This document shows, piece after piece, positions 21,943-30,837 of a DNA stretch of 64,000 nucleotides. Position 1 is the first letter of the stretch. Every line of letters starts with the position of its first letter. Position numbers and translations under genes: made by a program. Source of the stretch: an uncultured Verrucomicrobiae bacterium (GTDB lineage: Bacteria > Verrucomicrobiota > Verrucomicrobiia > Chthoniobacterales > Chthoniobacteraceae); contig CAVYKI010000012.1 in the NCBI GenBank assembly GCA_963769025.1, forward strand, positions 96,001-160,000, given 5' to 3'. The notes beneath the pieces were generated by a model that was not told the DNA's origin, ran no database searches, and saw only the letters and a program-made list of their open reading frames with translations.

Positions 21943-22410
21943 ATGAGAACGAAACGAACACTTAAAGGATGCACGAGGCCCAGAAGCCGCAATGAGTGGC
22001 TCCGGGTGGTGAAGTCATTGGATCACTTGCTGGCGAAGCGCTCTTCGCCGGAAATCCCGAAGGAAAGCAGAGCAATGATCGATCTGAGCACCGTGGAAGC
22101 CATGAACACCGCGTATGCGGCGACCTTGCGCTACTACACGGCTCTCCTCGGCGGCAGAGACCGCGATCCGAAGCTGCAGCAGCAGATCTCCCGTTTGTGG
22201 CAAAAGGCAGGCGACAAGTTGGGGCGACAGGAACCCGCACTCGCGTGCCTGCTGAACGCGAGCAATCCGTTCTGGGCGAGCGATGCCACATGGAGGAAGG
22301 GAACGATCCAAAAAGTATGGGCGCACCTGAACTCCATTCGCGCCAGCATCAACATGCTGACGCCGGTCGTAAACTCCACCCATCGCTGGAGCACGTTTTC
22401 GCCCTCCTGA
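21943..22410 (+). CDS. Hypothetical helical protein (alternative start 22075)
   Basis: Open frame filling an intergenic gap with protein-like composition (ISRLWQKA...LA...FW...W). Confidence 0.55.
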   Translation: MRTKRTLKGCTRPRSRNEWLRVVKSLDHLLAKRSSPEIPKESRAMIDLSTVEAMNTAYAATLRYYTALLGGRDRDPKLQQQISRLWQKAGDKLGRQEPALACLLNASNPFWASDATWRKGTIQKVWAHLNSIRASINMLTPVVNSTHRWSTFSPS

Positions 22411-22611
22411 GGACTGCAACTTCCGACGACATTCGCACGACACAGCGGCAGCCCTGAGGTGCGGCGAGGAAGCTGAAGGAACAATCAGGCGATGGGCGCC
22501 CGATGAGTCGGAGATGGCGCGGTTGGATTTTTCGCGCGAGCCGGAACAGATTTCCGCCAGTTGCCCGGTACGATATCGCGGCTAAATTCTAAGAACAGCG
22601 CCCCTCCACAA

Positions 22612-22878
22612 ATGAAAATCGTGATTGCTGCCTTCCTGCTCCTTTCCGCCTTACAGTCAATGAGCGACCCAGCGATTCGCTGTACGGATGCGTTGTGCCT
22701 GAACTTCCAAGCCGTGGTGTCCTTCAATCACCGGCACGTGCATCGTTGCACCGACGCAGCCTGCCTGAACTTTCAGCAATTCGTCCCGAACAATCACCGG
22801 CACGTCCGTCGCAATACCGATGCGACCAGCCCAAATTTCCAAAAATTCGCGCCACCCGGGCGTCCGCGTCCGCGGTAG
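22612..22878 (+). CDS. Small secreted protein (88 aa) with three 22-aa Cys/His repeats
   Basis: Signal MKIVIAAFLLLSA followed by RCTDALCLNFQAVVSFNHRHVH / RCTDAACLNFQQFVPNNHRHVR / RNTDATSPNFQKFAPPGRPRPR. Confidence 0.7.
   Translation: MKIVIAAFLLLSALQSMSDPAIRCTDALCLNFQAVVSFNHRHVHRCTDAACLNFQQFVPNNHRHVRRNTDATSPNFQKFAPPGRPRPR
22678..22875 (+). repeat. Three tandem 66-bp diverged coding repeats
   Basis: Units start at 22678, 22744 and 22810. Units 1 and 2 share tgcctgaactt and caatcaccggcacgt. Confidence 0.8.
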
Positions 22879-22974
22879 CAGCCATCGTCAGGCTTCCGCC
22901 TAATATCGCCGCCGTGCCGCCGCAAAGGTCGGCACTTTCTCCCAGTCCCTCCGCTTAAAGGCAAGCGAGGCGGG

Positions 22975-25026
22975 CTACTGAGCGGCGTAATACTTGGGAT
23001 ACTGGTAGTAGTAGTAGCCCGGGATCTCGGTATCCACGCAGTTCAGGATGAGGCCGAGGACATTGACCTGACGCTGGTAAAGCGCATTGAGCGCGTTGCG
23101 CGTGAGCCGCGCGCTCGTGAACGACGCGCGGATGACCATGAGCGTGCCGTCGAAATTCGGCGCGAGGGTCGGCGTGTCGTCGGTGGCGAGGATCGGCGCG
23201 GTATTGAAGATGACGAGGTCGTAGGCGGCCTTCCATTCGTCGAGGAGTTTCGGGACGATGGGGAGCAGGAGCAGTTCGCCGCTCTGGTTGGTCGTCGGGC
23301 CGCGCGGGATGATGTGAAGGTTCTCCTTGCGCCCTTTCTGGATGCAGGTCTTCCAGTTCACCTCGCCCCGCAGGACGTTCGAGAGACCCTGGCGGCCGTC
23401 GATGTCGAACAGCGCCGCGATGTCGCCGCGACGGAGGTCGGCGTCCACGAGCAGCACACGGGCGCCTGCGGCGGACATGGTGATGGCAAGATTGCTGGTG
23501 ATGGTGGACTTGCCTTCGTTCGGAATCGCCGAGGTGACGATGAGCGTCTTGAGCTCCGTCTGGTTCGGCATGAAAATGAGCGAACTGCGAAGGCTGCGGA
23601 ACGCCTCGGCGAACATGAATCGCTCATCCTCCTCCTGCAGCAGCGGGAGACCGACGTTCGTGCGGCTCGATGCTACGTCGGGGATCTGGCCGACGATGGC
23701 TTCATTGAATTGCTCAATCATCTCGCTCGAAGAGGCAAGACGGTCGTCGGAGCGGTCGAGCAGGAAAAGGATCGCGATGCCGAGCAGGAAGCCGCCGATG
23801 AGTCCCGTGAGGATGTGACGAATCACGCCCTTGTCCTCGACGACTGGGAGCGAGGCCTGCTGACGAATCGCGAGGATTTCCTGGGTCGCGGGGCCGAGGC
23901 GCAGCTTATCGAGTCCCTCGCGCGTCTGGTTGTAGGTCGCTTCACGCCGGTCGACCTCCTGCTTGAGCGTCGAGTATTTCGCGGTGATCTTGCTGAAGTC
24001 GCGCGCCTTGGTCTCGGATTCGATGATCGCCGTGTCCTTGCTCTGGATTTCCGCGTTCAACCGCCGGAGGACGCCCTCGAGGTTTTTCCCAGCCTCGTCC
24101 TTCAGGACAGCAATGCCGAGGCGAAGGTCGGCCACCTCGCGCTCGAGTTGCTGGAAGCGCGGGTGCGTCGGTTTCCAAACGGTGCCCCGTTCTTGGAGCT
24201 CCGATTCCTTGATCGCGAGCTGCTCCTGCTTTTCGATCCACCGGTTGCCGAGCGAGTCGCCGGAACGTCCCGTGTTCTTCTTATCGTTCTTCGGTGAGTT
24301 CGCATCGAGCAGTCCGGTTTCGTTCAGGTTCTTGTAGATGTTCACCTGCTGGAGCAGTTCACTGCGCGTCTTGCGGAGTTCCGCAAGCTCGGTGGAAATC
24401 TGCTCCGCCTGCTGCTCGATGAACGGCACGCTGTTGTCCTCCTTGAAACTGTCCAGGATGGCGCGGCTCGCATCCACCTCCTGCTTTTCGATCTCCACAC
24501 GCCTTTGGTAATCACCGACTAGCCCGCTGCGCGCAGCGAGACTTTCCTCGCGCCGCAATTGCATGAAGGCATCCATCGTAGCATTCACAAAGGCCCGGGT
24601 GGCGTCCGCGTCCTTACCGGCGCCGCTGACGGTGAAAATGAACGTGTTCGGTTCGTTGATCGCCGAGATCTCGATGCTCTCAACGTGCGACGCCAGCTGA
24701 GGCTTATCGACGGCGATCTGCCGGGCCGCGCGCTCACGGACCACGGGGCTCTTGAGCGTCAGGACAATCGTCTCCCACCAACCGTTGACCATGGCCAGCC
24801 CCCGCGAACTGTCATCCGTGACGACCTCGCTCACATTCAGCTTGCCGACGGAGACGAAGCGCGTGGGCTTTGTGACGACGACAAACACCTGATAGAGCAG
24901 CCCCACGCTGACACAGAGCAGCAGCACCCACCAATACCGTTTCATCACGGCGCGGTACCGGTAAATGCGCAGTCCGACCGGAGAACCGGTTTCGCCGGCG
25001 GCTGTCTTGGAAATTGAGGGATCCAT
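22975..25026 (-). CDS. wzc: Polysaccharide co-polymerase / BY tyrosine autokinase (Wzc family)
   Basis: Two TM helices flank a coiled coil. SAIPNEGKST, LLVDADLRRG and a C-terminal Tyr cluster PGYYYYQYPKYY are present. Confidence 0.9.
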   Translation of the reverse strand: MDPSISKTAAGETGSPVGLRIYRYRAVMKRYWWVLLLCVSVGLLYQVFVVVTKPTRFVSVGKLNVSEVVTDDSSRGLAMVNGWWETIVLTLKSPVVRERAARQIAVDKPQLASHVESIEISAINEPNTFIFTVSGAGKDADATRAFVNATMDAFMQLRREESLAARSGLVGDYQRRVEIEKQEVDASRAILDSFKEDNSVPFIEQQAEQISTELAELRKTRSELLQQVNIYKNLNETGLLDANSPKNDKKNTGRSGDSLGNRWIEKQEQLAIKESELQERGTVWKPTHPRFQQLEREVADLRLGIAVLKDEAGKNLEGVLRRLNAEIQSKDTAIIESETKARDFSKITAKYSTLKQEVDRREATYNQTREGLDKLRLGPATQEILAIRQQASLPVVEDKGVIRHILTGLIGGFLLGIAILFLLDRSDDRLASSSEMIEQFNEAIVGQIPDVASSRTNVGLPLLQEEDERFMFAEAFRSLRSSLIFMPNQTELKTLIVTSAIPNEGKSTITSNLAITMSAAGARVLLVDADLRRGDIAALFDIDGRQGLSNVLRGEVNWKTCIQKGRKENLHIIPRGPTTNQSGELLLLPIVPKLLDEWKAAYDLVIFNTAPILATDDTPTLAPNFDGTLMVIRASFTSARLTRNALNALYQRQVNVLGLILNCVDTEIPGYYYYQYPKYYAAQ

Positions 25027-25051
25027 CTTGGGCTGAGGGCTGCGAAAAGCG

Positions 25052-25756
25052 CTAGTTGCTGAATATCACGACCGACTTCGGCGGGATGTAGATTACGTCG
25101 CCATCCTGAAGCGGAACGTCGAGATCGGTCCGGCCTTCCTTCATGATCAGTTCGACATTGTGCTCATCGCTCCGCCCGGCGCGGGTGAGGCGGACTTTGC
25201 GGAGTTCCGAGTAGAGCGTCGAGCCGGCGACGATGACCGCCTCGGTCAGCTTCAGCGGATTTGTCGCCGTGAAATACTGCGGCCCAGGACGCCCGACCTT
25301 GCCTTGGATGACTGCCTTGAACGGTCGGACGGCACCAATCGCCTTGCGAACCACCCCCACTTCGACCGTCGCCCGATGGTAATACTTTTGAAGGTAACTC
25401 GTGATGGCAGCTTCCGCCTCCACGCTCGTCTTGCCAGCGATGTAAACCCTGCCCAAGCCGTTCAATTCCACCTCGCCCGTATCCGTCACCATGGTGCGGA
25501 GTGGCGGGTCGCGATCCTCTTTGACGACGACCGTGATTTCATCGCCGGCCGTCAGCTTCGTGTCCCGCGACACTGTGATGCCACCCGCATGCGGCATGGC
25601 CGAGGGAATTGCGGAACCCTCCGGCGCTCCAGCAGCGGGGCGGCTGACGCCTCGCACCGGGCGCGAAGTCCCGAGGACGTCGGACTGGGCCGAGCTGACT
25701 GTGGGAATTGCGATGAGGAGGCCTGCAAACAGGCCGGCAAACAGGCAGCTACGCAT
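25052..25756 (-). CDS. wza: Polysaccharide export protein (Poly_export/SLBB, Wza-like)
   Basis: LTAGDEITV, GRVYIAGKT, GKVGRPG and LQDGDVIYIP. Confidence 0.85.
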   Translation of the reverse strand: MRSCLFAGLFAGLLIAIPTVSSAQSDVLGTSRPVRGVSRPAAGAPEGSAIPSAMPHAGGITVSRDTKLTAGDEITVVVKEDRDPPLRTMVTDTGEVELNGLGRVYIAGKTSVEAEAAITSYLQKYYHRATVEVGVVRKAIGAVRPFKAVIQGKVGRPGPQYFTATNPLKLTEAVIVAGSTLYSELRKVRLTRAGRSDEHNVELIMKEGRTDLDVPLQDGDVIYIPPKSVVIFSN

Positions 25757-25773
25757 GGGTCATGGCAGGATTA

Positions 25774-27132
25774 TCAAAACTTGTAGTAAAGGCTCACCAT
25801 CCCGAGGTTCTGATAGTAATCAGCCCCGTTCCGGTTTGAGTCTTTCACAAGATAGCGATAATCGAGCCCGACCGTGAAATTATCCGTAAAAATGTGATAA
25901 ATTCCGAGCGCGGCGCCAAACCGGTGCGCATCCTCCGACACCGGTCCCGAGGTCGTGTAGTATTCGTAGAAGAACGTCGGGCGGAGGCTCGTCTTCTCGC
26001 TGATCGCCCAGTCGATGCTGTATTCCACGTGATACAGATCGTAGAAATTCGACTGGTAGCCCAGTTCAGCCGTCTTCGAAAAACTGAGCTTCTGCCGCAG
26101 ATATTCAGTCGGCCGGTTCACGAGTTCCAGCTTCGCGTACCAGCCGCTGGCATCCTCGCTGTCGACGCCGGTGCCCGTCGTGAGGCCCGTGAGGCTGTCC
26201 ACGATCGTGTAGACGGTGCCGCCGTCGAAGTTCATCTGCTGGAAGCCGACCTCCGCGTAAATATCCGTCAGGTCGTTCACCTTCCAACGCACGTACGGTC
26301 CGACGAGCAGCGCGTGGCCATCTGCGTGGGAACTCTGGCGGTATTCAAATATGCTCACCGACGCATTCAAACCGTACGTGAAATGCGGACCCGACTGCCA
26401 CGATGGCCGCAGGAAGATGGTGTTGATGCCGTGGTCGATGGATTTGTACTGATCTTCCTGAGCCCAGATGTCGTAGCGGTCGTAGCCGACGCTGACTTTT
26501 GTGTACTGGCTGGCGTCCCAATCGACCTGAATGCCGGCCTGGTTTTCCCAGCGGCGGTAGTTGGCGACATTCAGCGTGGGCTGGTCAAACGGGTCTTCCT
26601 GATACGCAAGTCGCTCACGGATGGTGAACTTGAACGCGCCCGCCTCCGCAGTCCAAGAGATCGCCGAGGTCGGCGAAATGAGGAGTGAGTCGGAATCATA
26701 CTGGCTGTGATCGAAATACTTCGCCCAGCTCAGTCCCAAGCCCAGACGCAACCGGCTCGTCTCCGAAAACCGGATCGCTCCCTCGATGTCGAATTGGGGG
26801 CGAAAGATGACGTCAGACTCGCGGTTGAATTCCGACAGCGCGATGTTGTCGTTGAACTCGAAACCGACACCGGCAGCGAGCGACAGGTCCAACGAGCCAA
26901 TCCGGATGTTGTATTCCTTCTTGTCCTGGACGAGATCGGCTTCCGTGAGCGGCTCGATTCCGTTCGGGCTGTTCCCGAGGAAGACTTCCGAGCCCGGTCC
27001 GAGCCGGCCGATGCCGCCCGAGGAGCGCGAGCTTCCGAAATCGCGGAAATATTCCTGAGCCGTCGCGGAGCCCACTGCGAGCAGGGAGACTGACCCAAGG
27101 ATTGGAATGATTCGAGTTGACAGGATTTTCAT
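25774..27132 (-). CDS. Outer-membrane beta-barrel protein associated with EPS export
   Basis: Signal peptide, GFEFNDNI, amphipathic Tyr/Phe-rich strands and C-terminal LYYKF; adjacent to wza/wzc. Confidence 0.8.
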   Translation of the reverse strand: MKILSTRIIPILGSVSLLAVGSATAQEYFRDFGSSRSSGGIGRLGPGSEVFLGNSPNGIEPLTEADLVQDKKEYNIRIGSLDLSLAAGVGFEFNDNIALSEFNRESDVIFRPQFDIEGAIRFSETSRLRLGLGLSWAKYFDHSQYDSDSLLISPTSAISWTAEAGAFKFTIRERLAYQEDPFDQPTLNVANYRRWENQAGIQVDWDASQYTKVSVGYDRYDIWAQEDQYKSIDHGINTIFLRPSWQSGPHFTYGLNASVSIFEYRQSSHADGHALLVGPYVRWKVNDLTDIYAEVGFQQMNFDGGTVYTIVDSLTGLTTGTGVDSEDASGWYAKLELVNRPTEYLRQKLSFSKTAELGYQSNFYDLYHVEYSIDWAISEKTSLRPTFFYEYYTTSGPVSEDAHRFGAALGIYHIFTDNFTVGLDYRYLVKDSNRNGADYYQNLGMVSLYYKF

Positions 27133-27224
27133 AACTTGAATTGACGGTTGCGGGCTGACCGGCCGGGGTTGTAGCACCCCACGCCGAGCGTTGGCAATTG
27201 AAAATCAGCGCCTTCTTCCGGCGA

Positions 27225-30200
27225 TTACCTGCGGGCGCGCGCCTTGCCCAGCTCGACGCCTTTCACGATGCGGAAACCATACGTGTCGTGAAGCGTATCC
27301 GGTGACGAACTGATGCGGCAGGACGACAGCAGGCTGAGCGGAATGGCGCCGTTGTACCACGAGCCGCCGCGAAGCGTCTTCGCGCGATTTTCGGAGTTCC
27401 AATAATCGGACACCCACTGCCACACGTTCCCGCCCATATCGTGGAGACCAAACGCATTCGCACGGAATTTCCCGACCGGCGATGTGTTCGCAAAACCGTC
27501 GTTGTAATTCGGGATCGGAATCTCCGTCTGCGTCTCCTCGCCTGCGTAATTGCCCGCACCCGCCGGCGGTGGCCACTGGTTGCCCCACGGATACACGTCC
27601 TGCACGCCCATGTCGCGCTCCTCAGGAGTCGCGCCGACTTCCACCGGAAGGCCGACAGCCTTGCTCCATTCCGCATCCGTCGGGAGGCGATACGCCTCGC
27701 CGCCTTTGAGCAGCCCGGCCTTGCGCTCCTTTTCCGTCAGCCATTTGCAAAATGCCTCCGCCTCGCGCCACGTCACGTTCACCACTGGATGATCCGGCGT
27801 CTGCTTGAATCCGGGATTTTTCCACGCTTCGGATTTCAAACCTGTCGCCGTCGCGAATGCCTCGAAGTCTTTCCGCGTCGTCAGATAGACGCTGAACTGC
27901 ACGTCACCCGCCGGGACAAACTTCATCCCCAGCGAGTTGGTTGACCCTTTGCTGTCAGTCGCTGCCTCGGGCGTCTTGTCCGGCGTGGCGGTGTCAGGAA
28001 TGAGCACTGGAGGTTTGGCGTTCCCCACCTCCTTGACCGGCAGCCCTTCCGAATCCCCGGAGAGCCGCTTCAGCTCAGTTTGGAGATCATTCAACTCGCG
28101 ATTGGCCACGTCCAGTTTGTCCTCGATTTTCTTCATCGCCTCTTTCCCCGCTTCGCCCAATTCCTTCAACGGACCGAGGGCGGCGTTCAGCTTTCCGACC
28201 TGCGCCTTCGCATCCAGAATTTGTTTCTCGACCGCGGCGATCTTGTCCTTGTTGGCCTTGCGCATCGTCTCGGTCTCGGCACGGCGGGCTTGCTCACCGG
28301 CAGTGGCGATTTTTTGCAAATCCAACTCCGCCTGCTGCTGCGAGAGTCTCACCTGCTCGCGCAGCGTTTCCGCCTTGGCGATGAGCTGCGAAAGACCGTC
28401 CGCATCCTTCCCGAAGTTCGCGACTTCGGCAGTCGCCGCGTTCAACTCGCGTTCCGCATCCTGGCGGGCCTTCAGCTTTTCGCCGCCCTTCGCGAGCACG
28501 TCATCGAGTTTGCGCTTTGCAGCGTCGGCCTGCTTGGCAGCCTCGGCAGCCGCGGCTTGCGCCTTGGCGAGGTCATCCTCGGATTTTTTGCGATCGGCCT
28601 CCAAAGTCTCGGCCTGCTGGATCACCGGAGCGACGCTCTTGCGCATCGCATCGAGATCTTTCTGCCGTTTTTCCTTTTCCAACTTCACCACCGCGAGTCG
28701 CCTCGTGGCTTCCTGCAACGCTTCGTTCGCCGCTGCGGCCGTCTTGCCGAGACTCGCGAGGGCGGCCTCGCGCTCCTTCTTGGCTCCGTCCAATTCCGCA
28801 AGCGTCGCCTTCGCAGGGAGCACCAGTTTCCCGAGTGGCTGCGGAGGCTCGGGAAGCACCGGTGCCGCCTCGTGCATGCCACGGGGCGCGGGCGTGGATT
28901 GCACCACGACTTTTCCGGGCGTCGGCTTGCCGACCGATTGGGCGGATGCGCCGATGAGCGTGTCGGGCACCACCGGCGTGGGGTTGCTGCCAATCAAAGT
29001 GTTGGGCTTGGGAGGCGGCGGCGTGGCCGTAAGCACGGGCGTGGTCGCCGCGATGGTTTTTGGCGGAGTAATCGGAACAGGCTCGGGCAACACTTCCGGC
29101 GACTTCACGTCGGGGCCGATGTCGATTTTGGGCGGCGTTTCAATTTCCGGCTGATTGATGCCGGGCTCGTCGATGCGCGCGACCGAACCATCTGTGTCGC
29201 CCTCGTTCGAGTCGGGCATGTTGCGCATGTAGATGCCGACGCCGATGATTCCCGCTGCGAGGACCAGCCAGACAAGGGGCGCCTTCGAACGCGGCCGATC
29301 GAGGTCCGGGAAATTTGCAGACAACGCGCCCTTTGGCTGCGCCTTCCGACCGCCGGCACTCTGCGTGATGGGAGGAATCTCCGGGTGGAGCGGCTTCTTC
29401 GACGCTGCGAATTTTTCCACTGCGGGCTCCGGCTCCGCGGGAGGAGTCTTTTCGGGACTCTTTTCGGAAATGACGCCATTGCCCGCACTCTCCGGGTGTT
29501 CGTGCTTTTTTGCAGGCCCGTCTTCGGCGACTGGACGTTCCGCCGCTTTCTCAGCGGGACGCTCCGCGACCTTTTCCGGGGCGATTTTTTCCGGAGCGAT
29601 TTTTTCCACCGCGGCAGCTGGCGCTGCCTCGGCCCGCGGACGGGCGGCGCCGGAATCCTGCCCGAGCAGCGCCAGGACATCGGCGAGATTTCGCGGCCGC
29701 GTCTCCATGGTTTTCTGCAAGCAAGAAGCAATCAGCTTTGCCCACGACGCCGGCACGGGAGCCGTGGCCCCCGCCGCGGCACGGGCGTCGGCGATCGGCG
29801 TGGGAGCGGCCTTGCGGATCTGTGGCACGATGTCATCGCCTGCAAAGGGCGGCTCGCCCGCGAGCAATTCGTGCAGCAACACACCGAAGCCGTAGATGTC
29901 ATCGCTCGCGCCAGGACGCTCGCCGTCGAGCTGCTGCGGACTCAGGTAGGAGAGTCGGGCAGCCGAGCCTTTCGCGAGGCCGGCTCGCTCGAGCGCATTC
30001 AGGATGACGCGGCTCACGCCGAAATTCGCGACGAGCAGTCCGCCATTCGGGCGGAGGTAAAGATTTGCCGGGGACAAATCCCGGTGGAAAAGCTGGATGC
30101 GATGCGCGTCCGCCAGCGTTTCGGCCAGCTGCGCGACCCACGGCTTCAGATCGTCCGGGTCGAGGCGGCCTTTCTTTTTCAGCAGATCCTGCAGCGACTC

Positions 30201-30536
30201 GCCGGCGAACGCATCCATCGAAATCGCGACATGGTTTCCATCCTCCACGAAGTCGTAAACGCGCAGGATGTTGGGATGGATGAGCTGGCGGTTGCGCTTC
30301 ACCTCCTGGCGCAGTTCGGTCATCGCGCGGGCATCGGCAGCCACGGCCGCCGGCACAAAATGCAGCGTAACGTCCTTGCCGAGCACTTCATCGCTCGCCA
30401 GCCACACGGGGTTCTCGCCCGCCTTGCCCAAGTCTTTTCGGAGCACGTAGCAGCCACCGATCTTCGTTCCCTCGCTGAGTGCCGATCCGGCGTTGGGTGA
30501 ATCAGGAGCCTGTTCGTTTGTTGGTAGCGTTTGCAC
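27225..30536 (-). CDS. Ser/Thr kinase-like domain + TM + coiled coil + FGE-sulfatase (SUMF1) domain protein; probable pseudokinase
   Basis: LIHPNILRVYDF, HRDLSPAN, YLSPQQ and DIYGFG. C-terminal HPVVNVTW, YRLPTDAEW, GLHDMGGNVWQW and GFRIV. Confidence 0.88.
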   Translation of the reverse strand: MQTLPTNEQAPDSPNAGSALSEGTKIGGCYVLRKDLGKAGENPVWLASDEVLGKDVTLHFVPAAVAADARAMTELRQEVKRNRQLIHPNILRVYDFVEDGNHVAISMDAFAGESLQDLLKKKGRLDPDDLKPWVAQLAETLADAHRIQLFHRDLSPANLYLRPNGGLLVANFGVSRVILNALERAGLAKGSAARLSYLSPQQLDGERPGASDDIYGFGVLLHELLAGEPPFAGDDIVPQIRKAAPTPIADARAAAGATAPVPASWAKLIASCLQKTMETRPRNLADVLALLGQDSGAARPRAEAAPAAAVEKIAPEKIAPEKVAERPAEKAAERPVAEDGPAKKHEHPESAGNGVISEKSPEKTPPAEPEPAVEKFAASKKPLHPEIPPITQSAGGRKAQPKGALSANFPDLDRPRSKAPLVWLVLAAGIIGVGIYMRNMPDSNEGDTDGSVARIDEPGINQPEIETPPKIDIGPDVKSPEVLPEPVPITPPKTIAATTPVLTATPPPPKPNTLIGSNPTPVVPDTLIGASAQSVGKPTPGKVVVQSTPAPRGMHEAAPVLPEPPQPLGKLVLPAKATLAELDGAKKEREAALASLGKTAAAANEALQEATRRLAVVKLEKEKRQKDLDAMRKSVAPVIQQAETLEADRKKSEDDLAKAQAAAAEAAKQADAAKRKLDDVLAKGGEKLKARQDAERELNAATAEVANFGKDADGLSQLIAKAETLREQVRLSQQQAELDLQKIATAGEQARRAETETMRKANKDKIAAVEKQILDAKAQVGKLNAALGPLKELGEAGKEAMKKIEDKLDVANRELNDLQTELKRLSGDSEGLPVKEVGNAKPPVLIPDTATPDKTPEAATDSKGSTNSLGMKFVPAGDVQFSVYLTTRKDFEAFATATGLKSEAWKNPGFKQTPDHPVVNVTWREAEAFCKWLTEKERKAGLLKGGEAYRLPTDAEWSKAVGLPVEVGATPEERDMGVQDVYPWGNQWPPPAGAGNYAGEETQTEIPIPNYNDGFANTSPVGKFRANAFGLHDMGGNVWQWVSDYWNSENRAKTLRGGSWYNGAIPLSLLSSCRISSSPDTLHDTYGFRIVKGVELGKARARR

Positions 30537-30837
30537 GGTGAAAATGTGGGCTGGTCGTGAGTAGCAAGAATTCCTCCAGGCAAATTTTGCCTGATCAAAG
30601 GGACCCGAGATTTAGCGGATCACCGATCGGATTTCAAGCTGGGTTCAGAGACAGCGAACACGGCTCTTCGGATCGTTGCGAGAAAAATCACGAAAACGCT
30701 TGCGCAATATCAAGACTTGTAGATACTTTCTGTAATCACCATAGAAAGCTGTCTGGGATTCCGCTCTTTTCCTCACTCTTATTTCGCTTTTCACAGCCAA
30801 CAGTTGCCGCTAAAAACACATCACACCACATCCGAAA

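Noticed and set aside
22678..22875. Possible CRISPR array
   Set aside because: The units are contiguous in-frame coding repeats without unique spacers, and no cas genes are present.
22897..22962. attC-like site (GCCTAAT...TTAAAGGC) after the repeat protein
   Set aside because: The core sites deviate from RYYYAAC/GTTRRRY and the internal pairing is unconvincing.
29530..29610. EKIAP/AERP short tandem repeats in the kinase linker
   Set aside because: Ordinary low-complexity linker expansion.
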